Source of the DNA: Alphaproteobacteria bacterium
GTDB lineage: Bacteria > Pseudomonadota > Alphaproteobacteria > UBA828
DNA length: 64,000 bases
Direction: 5' to 3'
Assembly (NCBI GenBank): GCA_965220745.1
Contig: CBDCQT010000010.1
Span: 512,001-576,000 of the forward strand
The position numbers and the translations under genes are program-made. Under the pieces are notes generated by a model that saw nothing but the letters and a program-made list of their open reading frames with translations, ran no database searches and had not been told where the DNA came from. Shown here in pieces: positions 56,985-64,000 of the stretch. Each line of letters opens with the position of its first letter. Within the stretch, counting starts at the first letter, position 1.

Positions 56985-58472
56985 TCAGGCGAGCTCCGGC
57001 GATGAGGCCGGCGCCCGGCGATGCTGCGTCGCCTGCTCGAATGAATAGGCGAGCGCCAGCAGGTCGTCCTCGCGATAGGGCAAGCCCAGGATCTCCATGC
57101 CTACCGGCACACCCTCGGGCGTGAAGCCGGCTGGCACGCTGATCGCCGGCATCCAGGTCTGCGCGCCGATCAGAGTGTTCGTGGGAAACTCGAGCGTCTT
57201 CCATTGCCCGGCGTTGAGATCGTCGCGCCGTGGCGACTGCACCTGTGTGGTCGGATAGACCAGCGCGGCCGCACCGGCCTTGCCCATCTGATTGATCACG
57301 ATCCGCCGGAATTTCTCCGAGGTCGTGTAGCGCGGGTAGTATTCCGGATCCGAATAGGGGTCTTCTGGACCCTCCGCAATCTCTTCGAGCAGATCGAGCA
57401 TCGGGTGATACTGCTTGGTTTCGATGAGCGCGCGTACGCTTTCCGCCGCCAACGAGGGGCGGGACGCCATGAACTCGTCGATCGCGCTCCGCGAATGATT
57501 GATGTAGAGCGACGAGTACAGGATGTGGTCCATGAGGTCGGGGATTTCGACATCGACGAGGGTCGCGCCGGCGCCCTTCAGCGCGCCAAGGGCATCCTCG
57601 ATGACCGCGTTGACCACCGCCGCGTTGGGGTTCGACGAGTCGCCGAAGGCGGAGCGCACGACACCGATGGTCTTACCCGACAACGCGTCCTTATCGAGGC
57701 AAGCGACGTAGTCCACATTGCCGGCAATCAGCGCCGTCGAGGTATAAGGGTCTTCGGGGTCGAAGCCGGCGACGACCTGGAGCAGCTTGGCCGTGTCGGT
57801 GACAGTACGGCACATCGGGCCCGCCGAGTCCTGGAAGATGACCAGCGGCGACATGCCGGCCCGGCTGATCAGGCCCGGCGTCACCTTGAGCCCCACCAGG
57901 TTGTCGAACGAAGCCGGCAGGCGCGCGGAGCCGCCGGTATCCTCGCCGAGGCCGATGGCGCCGAGATTCGCGGCGACCGCACACCCCGTGCCGCCGCTCG
58001 ACCCGCCCGGATCACGCTCAAGATCGTAGGGGTTCTTGGTCTCGCCGATGGCCGAGCAATAGCCGAACCACGAGGTCGCGAAATCGGGCATCGCCGTCTT
58101 CGCGAGGATGATCGCGCCGGCCTCGCGTATCAGCCTGATCGCCGTCGCGTCCTTCTCCGGCAGGTAGTCTTTCGCAGCGATCGAGCCGAAGGTCGTGATG
58201 ATATCGGCCGTCTCGACCTGGTCCTTCACGACCACCGGAATGCCATGCAGCGGCCCGGTAAGCCCGCCATCGGCGAATGCCTTGTCCAGCGCTTCGGCCT
58301 CTTCCACCGCCCGCGGATTGACGTTGATGACCGAATTCAGGGCGGGGCCGTTTCGATCATAGGCTTCGATCCGCGCGAGATAACGCGACACGAGCTCCGC
58401 AGCGCTCAGATAGCCCGAGCGATACGCCTCGTGGATACCGGCAATGGTGGCTTCTTCGACGCGAAAGGCCAT
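56985..58472 (-). CDS. Amidase signature family protein
   Basis: 'GPLHGIPVVVKD', 'PGGSSGG', 'DTGGSARLPAS'. Confidence 0.93.
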   Translation of the reverse strand: MAFRVEEATIAGIHEAYRSGYLSAAELVSRYLARIEAYDRNGPALNSVINVNPRAVEEAEALDKAFADGGLTGPLHGIPVVVKDQVETADIITTFGSIAAKDYLPEKDATAIRLIREAGAIILAKTAMPDFATSWFGYCSAIGETKNPYDLERDPGGSSGGTGCAVAANLGAIGLGEDTGGSARLPASFDNLVGLKVTPGLISRAGMSPLVIFQDSAGPMCRTVTDTAKLLQVVAGFDPEDPYTSTALIAGNVDYVACLDKDALSGKTIGVVRSAFGDSSNPNAAVVNAVIEDALGALKGAGATLVDVEIPDLMDHILYSSLYINHSRSAIDEFMASRPSLAAESVRALIETKQYHPMLDLLEEIAEGPEDPYSDPEYYPRYTTSEKFRRIVINQMGKAGAAALVYPTTQVQSPRRDDLNAGQWKTLEFPTNTLIGAQTWMPAISVPAGFTPEGVPVGMEILGLPYREDDLLALAYSFEQATQHRRAPASSPELA

Positions 58473-58635
58473 GGCGTCCTCCTGAGAACCCGGGGTTGCA
58501 ACGTCCGTCCGGGCAAGCGCCCGGTCATCGGGGCTATGCTAAATGAGTGCCGGTCCGCACGCCACGCCCGGCCGGCCGGTTTGCGAGCACGGAATGGTAT
58601 CGTCGTGCCTCGCGCATCCGTTCCGGAGGCCTGCG

Positions 58636-59442
58636 ATGGACTATCGATGCATAACGTTCGAGCAACGGGAGGCGGTCGGGCTGGTCACGCTCAACCGACC
58701 CGAGCGGGCCAACGCCATGAATCGCGCCATGCTGGCGGAGCTCAACGCCGCGTGCGATGCGGTCGAGGCCGACGAGACCATCCGCGCGCTGGTGGTGACC
58801 GGGGCGGGTGGCGCGTTCTCCTCGGGCTTCGATCTCAAGGAGCAGGCCGCGGCCCCGCCCCAAGGTGTCGCTGAGTGGCGCGACGTTCTGCGGGACGACT
58901 TCGATACCGTGATGCGCTTCTGGCATCTCTGGAAGCCGACGGTGGCCGCGGTGCGCGGCCCGGCGCTCGCCGGCGCTTGCGAGCTTGCGCTCGCCTGCGA
59001 CGTGACCGTGGCAGCCGAGGACGCCCGCTTCGGCGAGCCCGAGTTGCGTTTCGGCGCGGGCATTGTCGTGATGCTGCTGCCCTGGCTTGCGGGACCGAAG
59101 CACGCGAAGGAGATCCTGCTCACCGGCGAGGACGAGATCGGCGCCCGCCGCGCCTATGAGATTGGCCTCGTCAACCGCGTCGTGCCAGTGGGCGAAGAGG
59201 TCGAGACCGCGCTCGCGCTCGCCCGCCGCATGGCCGCCATCGAGCCGGCCCTGCTCAGGCGCACCAAGGCCACGATCAATCGCATGTACGCCATGATGGC
59301 CTTCGACGAGACGCTTGAGATGGCGCTCGAGGAGGACACCGCGATCGAGGGCGAGGGCACGGCCACCAAGCGCGAATTCCTCGAGATCGCCCGGACCCAG
59401 GGCCTGCGTGCGGCCATTGCCTGGCGCGACGCCAAGCACTGA
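58636..59442 (+). CDS. Enoyl-CoA hydratase/isomerase family protein
   Basis: 'TLNRPERANA', 'FSSGFDL', 'ALAGACELALACD', 'FGEPE'; GGAGG RBS. Confidence 0.93.
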   Translation: MDYRCITFEQREAVGLVTLNRPERANAMNRAMLAELNAACDAVEADETIRALVVTGAGGAFSSGFDLKEQAAAPPQGVAEWRDVLRDDFDTVMRFWHLWKPTVAAVRGPALAGACELALACDVTVAAEDARFGEPELRFGAGIVVMLLPWLAGPKHAKEILLTGEDEIGARRAYEIGLVNRVVPVGEEVETALALARRMAAIEPALLRRTKATINRMYAMMAFDETLEMALEEDTAIEGEGTATKREFLEIARTQGLRAAIAWRDAKH

Positions 59443-59544
59443 GCGCGACACCGCGTGCGATACCGCGCTTCATCCGGCGGGGGTGCTTGACCTCCGTTGC
59501 GCGCCGACATAGCTAAGTGCAGGTTCCTGTTCCGGTCGATCGCG

Positions 59545-60060
59545 ATGGCCATACGCCCGATCATCACCGCGCCCGACAAGCGGCTGAAGGCGCGCTCCGC
59601 GCCGGTCGAGGTCGTCGATGACGAGGTGCGCGCGCTGCTCGATGACATGATGGAGTCGATGCACGCCGCAGAGGGCATCGGGCTTGCCGCCATCCAGATC
59701 GGCGTGCCCAAGCGCTGCATCGTGGCCGACGTTCATCTGGCCGATGAGCCGCCCGCGCCGCTCAAGCTGGTCAATCCCGAGATCGTCTGGCGCTCGGACG
59801 AACGCGTGAGCCGCGAGGAGGGCTGCCTCTCCTTCCCCGACCACTACGCCGAGGTGGAGCGCCCGGCGTCGGTGACAGTAGCGTACTTGGACGAGACCGG
59901 CGCCGCGCAGGAACTCACGGCCGTCGGCACACTCGCCGTCTGCCTCCAGCACGAAATCGACCACCTGGAGGGAGTGCTCTTCGTGGACTACCTGTCGCTG
60001 GTCAAGCGCAGCATCATCCTGCGCAAGCTGACCAAGGCGCGCCGCGCCGCCACCGGCTGA
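59545..60060 (+). CDS. def: Peptide deformylase
   Basis: [20 protein letters not shown]. Confidence 0.97.
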   Translation: MAIRPIITAPDKRLKARSAPVEVVDDEVRALLDDMMESMHAAEGIGLAAIQIGVPKRCIVADVHLADEPPAPLKLVNPEIVWRSDERVSREEGCLSFPDHYAEVERPASVTVAYLDETGAAQELTAVGTLAVCLQHEIDHLEGVLFVDYLSLVKRSIILRKLTKARRAATG

Positions 60061-60109
60061 GGCGGCGGCGGTTCCGTCTGCGAGCCGGGCCTCGCCAGCG
60101 CAGGACCCC

Positions 60110-61057
60110 ATGCGACCACTGAGGCTGGTGTTCATGGGAACGCCAGCCTTCGCCGTGCCCACCCTCGATGCGCTCTGCGCGAGCGGCCATTCGGTCGCCG
60201 CCGTCTACACCCAGCCGCCGCGGGCCGCCCAGCGTGGCCGCAAGGTGCGGCCGACGCCGGTGGCGGTCCGCGCCGAGGCTGCGGGGATCGAGATGAGGAC
60301 GCCTTCGAGCCTGAAGCCGGCGGAGGCGCAGGCGGCGTTCGCAGCGCTCGAAACTGATCTCGCGGTCACGGTCGCCTATGGTTTGATCCTGCCGCCGGCC
60401 GTGCTGGCGGCACCCCGGCTCGGCTGCATCAATGCCCACGCCTCGCTGTTGCCGCGCTGGCGCGGCGCGGCGCCGATCCAGCGGGCGATCATGGCGGGCG
60501 ATTCCGAGACCGGCGTCACCATCATGCGCATGGACGAGGGCCTCGACACGGGCCCCATTCTCATGGCCGAGCGCGTGTCGATCGGGCCCGAGACCACGGG
60601 CGGCACGCTGCACGACACCCTCGCCGCGCTTTCCGCCCGGCTGATGGTGGAGGCGATCGACGGGCTCGCGGCGGGCACGCTGACCGGAACGCCGCAATCG
60701 CAGGACGGCGCCACCTACGCGGCAAAGCTCGAAAAGCACGAGGCTGCCATCGACTGGCGCACGCCCGCGGCGCACATCGAGCGCTCGGTGCGCGCGCTCG
60801 CGCCGAAGCCCGGCGCCTGGTTCGATCACGATGGGGAACGCATCAAGGTGCTGGCGGCCGAAGAGGCTGCCGCAACCCCGGGCGCGGCGCCGGGGACGAT
60901 CCTCGATACGGCGCTCACGGTCGCCTGCGGCGACGGTTCCGTGCTGCGCCCGACCCGCCTTCAGCGCGCCGGCAGGGCGGCGATGGATGCGGACGCCTTC
61001 CTGCGCGGCCGCCCGATCGCAGCCGGCACACGCCTGCCATGCCCCGCTACAAGCTGA
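60110..61057 (+). CDS. fmt: Methionyl-tRNA formyltransferase
   Basis: FMGTP, '[20 protein letters not shown]', 'MDEGLDTG'. Confidence 0.97.
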   Translation: MRPLRLVFMGTPAFAVPTLDALCASGHSVAAVYTQPPRAAQRGRKVRPTPVAVRAEAAGIEMRTPSSLKPAEAQAAFAALETDLAVTVAYGLILPPAVLAAPRLGCINAHASLLPRWRGAAPIQRAIMAGDSETGVTIMRMDEGLDTGPILMAERVSIGPETTGGTLHDTLAALSARLMVEAIDGLAAGTLTGTPQSQDGATYAAKLEKHEAAIDWRTPAAHIERSVRALAPKPGAWFDHDGERIKVLAAEEAAATPGAAPGTILDTALTVACGDGSVLRPTRLQRAGRAAMDADAFLRGRPIAAGTRLPCPATS

Positions 61058-61788
61058 CCCTCGAATACGACGGCACCGGCTTCGTCGGCTGGCAATACCA
61101 AGGCGACGGGCGCTCGGTGCAGGAGGCGCTGGAGCGGGCAGTCGAGCGCTTCTGCGGCGAGCAGGTTCGGGTGCATGGCGCGGGCCGCACCGATTCCGGC
61201 GTTCACGCGTTGGGCCAGTGCTGCCATCTGGATCTCGCCCGGCAAACCGAGCCCAACGTGCTGCGCGATGCGATCAACGCACACCTGCGGCCTGCGCCGG
61301 CCGTCGTTCTCGACACGGTCGAGGCATCGCCCGACTTCGATGCGCGGCGGGACGCCACGATGCGCGTCTATCTCTATCGGATCGTCAATCGAAAGACGCC
61401 GCTCGCGATCGCGAAAGACCGCGCCTGGCACATCGCGCGACCGCTCGATGCGAGCGCCATGGCCGAGGCCGCGCGGCTGCTGAAAGGCACCCACGACTTC
61501 ACGACATTTCGCGCCGCCAAGTGCCAGGCGGACTCCCCGGTCCGAACCCTGAAGAGCCTCGCCGTCGCGCGCACTGGAGAGGAGATCGCCGTCCGCGCCT
61601 GGGCGCGCTCCTTCCTGCACCACCAGGTCCGCGCAATTGTGGGCACGCTGGTCGAGGTGGGCGACGGCCGGCGGACGCCGGCAGATGTCGGTGCCGCGCT
61701 TGCGGACCGCGACCGGCGCCGGAGCGGCCCGACGGCGCCGGCCTACGGCCTCTATCTCGAAGCGGTGCTCTATCCGCCGGCGGAGTAG
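61039..61788 (+). CDS. truA: tRNA pseudouridine(38-40) synthase
   Basis: '[11 protein letters not shown]', '[14 protein letters not shown]', 'SFLHHQVR', 'TAPAYGLYL'. Confidence 0.97.
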   Translation: MPRYKLTLEYDGTGFVGWQYQGDGRSVQEALERAVERFCGEQVRVHGAGRTDSGVHALGQCCHLDLARQTEPNVLRDAINAHLRPAPAVVLDTVEASPDFDARRDATMRVYLYRIVNRKTPLAIAKDRAWHIARPLDASAMAEAARLLKGTHDFTTFRAAKCQADSPVRTLKSLAVARTGEEIAVRAWARSFLHHQVRAIVGTLVEVGDGRRTPADVGAALADRDRRRSGPTAPAYGLYLEAVLYPPAE

Positions 61789-61804
61789 CCGGCGGCGCCG
61801 CTTT

Positions 61805-62248
61805 CTATTTCTTGACCCCGAGCACTTCCCGGGTGCCCGCGATCCCGGTGCGATAGATTCCTTCGACGAACTCGAGGCATTCCGCCTTGGTCTTGCCCTT
61901 CTTTGGCACAAAGCGACTGGTCCACTCCACCTGACTGCGCCGTGAGGTAACCGGCTTCACCTTGATGGTGGCGGTGTAGTCACTAAACGGCACCATGTTG
62001 TCCGGATCGGCGGTGATTGCGTAGACCTGCGTGCGCGTCGCCGTGTCGTACTTCAGCAGCGTTTCGTCGAGCGCGCCCTTCACGCCCTTGACCTTGAGCG
62101 TCCGCACCGTGCCTTTCTTGTTGAGCGTGCTCCGCGTGATGGTGCCTGCCATGATTGCGGTCAGATTGTTGAAGGCCCCGATCTCTCCGAAGACACGGTC
62201 AGCCGGCGCACTGATCTCCTCGACGACCTTCGCGCGCGTGTATGCCAT
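61805..62248 (-). CDS. SRPBCC (polyketide cyclase/dehydrase-like) family protein
   Basis: 'EISAPADRVF', 'GTVRTL', 'PFSDYTATIKV', 'VEWTSRF'. Confidence 0.8.
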   Translation of the reverse strand: MAYTRAKVVEEISAPADRVFGEIGAFNNLTAIMAGTITRSTLNKKGTVRTLKVKGVKGALDETLLKYDTATRTQVYAITADPDNMVPFSDYTATIKVKPVTSRRSQVEWTSRFVPKKGKTKAECLEFVEGIYRTGIAGTREVLGVKK

Positions 62249-62326
62249 TGCCCGTCCCTCCCCTTTTTATTTGAGACAGCCCGCGATGTTGGACGGAAAG
62301 TTCGGCGAGCGCAATGCGCGATGGAG

Positions 62327-62602
62327 CTATCCGCCGCCGCGCTGGAAGGAGATGTCGAGCCGGGCGAGATGCCCCTCGGGGTCCTCGTAGCCGCTGTAGT
62401 GGAAGCGCGCGGCGAGAACCGGCAGCGCGAGCAGACCGATGCGGCGTTCCGGCCTCGACGAGAACGTGATCTCCAATGTACCGGCTCCTTCGCGGATCGT
62501 GATCGTGTCGCCATGCTCCGAGATGTGGGCCTCCGGGAGCGCGCGGCGCAGCGTGCGCCGGAACTCGTGGCGCTCGATCGCCATCTCCTTCTCGAAGATC
62601 AC
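62327..62602 (-). CDS. Small conserved hypothetical protein
   Basis: 'EFRRTL...PERRIGLLALP...FQRGGG'; co-oriented with the MoaD-like gene. Confidence 0.65.
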   Translation of the reverse strand: MIFEKEMAIERHEFRRTLRRALPEAHISEHGDTITIREGAGTLEITFSSRPERRIGLLALPVLAARFHYSGYEDPEGHLARLDISFQRGGG

Positions 62603-62644
62603 GGGCTCGGACGTGCGACGGGGACTCGTGCCGATCTCGCCAGT

Positions 62645-62896
62645 CTAACCGCCGGCTACGGGCGGCCAGACCGCCAGCGTGTCGTTCTCGTTCAGCGCGT
62701 GGGAGCCGCGCTCGCTCGGCTCCACGTAGATGCCGTTCACCAGCACGATGGAGCAGTACTGGCGGGGCAGGTTGAACCTGGCGAAGACATCCTCGGGCGT
62801 GGTCCCGTCGTCCAGGTCGAGCTCCACCTGGTTGTCCACGGCGCCGGCGGGGAGATAGTCGCTCAGCAGGGCGTAGAGCTTGACGGTCACCTTCAT
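62645..62896 (-). CDS. MoaD/ThiS family sulfur carrier
   Basis: 'MKVTVKLYALL', 'LVNG', C-terminal WPPVAGG. Confidence 0.92.
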   Translation of the reverse strand: MKVTVKLYALLSDYLPAGAVDNQVELDLDDGTTPEDVFARFNLPRQYCSIVLVNGIYVEPSERGSHALNENDTLAVWPPVAGG

Positions 62897-62947
62897 GGCG
62901 TGTTCGCGGCGTCTCCAGCGTGGCGCCGTGATCGCGGCCGTCGCGGC

Positions 62948-64000
62948 TCAGGTCTGGCTGTGGGCGACGTAGGCCTCCATTACGCGGTGCGGGTTCTCCT
63001 GCAGCCTCTCTTTCCAGTCGCCGAGCGCCGTCTCGTTCTGGATCAGGCCGCGGATCACCCCCACGTGGTCGGTCAGCCCGATGCCGAGCGCGCCGACCAG
63101 ATGGTCGCCCTCGAATTCCAGCCGGAGGTACTTGTACCCGTCCTCGTCCACGGCGACGCCGCTGTCGCCGCCGGCAACGCCTTCCCAGCTGCCGAACGAG
63201 CTTGAGACGAGCCCGACCGTGGCGAGCACGTTCATGTTGAGGCTGCCCTTGTAGTGCGCGTTCTGCCCCAGCATGTTGAGCGCTGCGATACGGCCGTGTT
63301 CGGTCGCGGTCGGCTGGATCGCGTGCACCGAGTATTCGCCCGTGGAGAAGTCGAGGCCCTGGGCCACGTCGCCGGCGGCGAACACGCCCTTGGCACTGGA
63401 CTCCAAGTGCTGATCGACGAGCACGCCGTGATCGGTCTTGATCCCGCTCCCTTCCAGGAAGCCGATGTTGGGTGCGACACCGACCGCAAGCACGACCAGA
63501 TGGGCGTCGATCTTCTCGCCGCTGTCCAGCACCACCGCCTTGTCGCCGCCCGCGCCGGAAGCCGCCTCGATGCCCGCGACCCGCGTCGAGGTGAGCACGC
63601 GGATATTCTTGGCCCCGCACCAGCGTTGCAGCATGCCGCCGGCGGTCTCGTCCATCATGCGCGAGACCATGCGGTCTTCCATCTCGACCACGGTGAGGTT
63701 GCCGCAGCGCTTGGCGAGCGCCTCCAGGATGATGCAGCCGATGAAGCCCGCGCCGATCAGCACGACGTTGGCGTCTTCGTTGAGCAACTTGGCGATCCCG
63801 CGGCAATCTTCGAGGGTCCAGCAGTTGTGCACGCCGGGCAGGTCGAGGCCGGGCACCGGCGGGCTGAGCGGGGTCGCGCCGGTGGAGATCAGCAGGCGGT
63901 CGTAGGAGACACTCTCGCCGCCGCTGAGGGTGAGCGTGCCGTCCGCCGCTGTCACGGATTCCGCCCGCCCCTGGCGATACTGGATGCCGAGGCCCTCGTA
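62948..64000 (-). CDS. FAD/NAD(P)-dependent oxidoreductase (5' truncated by window)
   Basis: 'YDRLLISTG', 'IGAGFIG', 'VFAAGDVA'; frame open to the window edge. Confidence 0.9.
   Translation of the reverse strand, partial: YEGLGIQYRQGRAESVTAADGTLTLSGGESVSYDRLLISTGATPLSPPVPGLDLPGVHNCWTLEDCRGIAKLLNEDANVVLIGAGFIGCIILEALAKRCGNLTVVEMEDRMVSRMMDETAGGMLQRWCGAKNIRVLTSTRVAGIEAASGAGGDKAVVLDSGEKIDAHLVVLAVGVAPNIGFLEGSGIKTDHGVLVDQHLESSAKGVFAAGDVAQGLDFSTGEYSVHAIQPTATEHGRIAALNMLGQNAHYKGSLNMNVLATVGLVSSSFGSWEGVAGGDSGVAVDEDGYKYLRLEFEGDHLVGALGIGLTDHVGVIRGLIQNETALGDWKERLQENPHRVMEAYVAHSQT

Noticed and set aside
1-64000. CRISPR array, cas genes, reverse transcriptase, rRNA
   Set aside because: No regularly spaced repeats or diagnostic motifs seen by eye

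Overview
GC-rich alphaproteobacterial chromosome segment. Core genes: spoT/rsh C-terminus, gltA, ispE, a TPR protein, ETF-ubiquinone oxidoreductase, def-fmt-truA, tRNA-Glu(CTC) and tRNA-Arg(ACG). They are interleaved with many catabolic and transport genes: a soxYZEF + YeeE/YedE sulfur module, peptide and sugar ABC systems, a Baeyer-Villiger monooxygenase, luciferase-like monooxygenases, two hydantoinase B subunits, an amidase, a GGT, a PAS-PAS kinase with three receiver domains, and the tail of a probable aldehyde oxidoreductase operon. Four accessory patches stand out. (1) A decayed integrative element at tRNA-Glu, with a 13-bp att repeat, an integrase C-terminal remnant and a Ni/Co permease as cargo. 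(2) A lower-GC locus at about 7.45-8.75 kb, the best candidate for an undescribed system: a winged-helix-like gene is divergent from a predicted transcript carrying a 29-codon uORF, a hairpin, an H-type pseudoknot and a tRNA-Ser-derived RNA with an 8-nt CCUUAAAA anticodon loop and an altered T-loop. (3) A pseudogene-bracketed patch downstream of tRNA-Arg. (4) An IS1380-family element next to a low-GC two-gene DUF1828-like cassette and an orphan Phd antitoxin. All assignments come from reading motifs by eye; no database searches were run.
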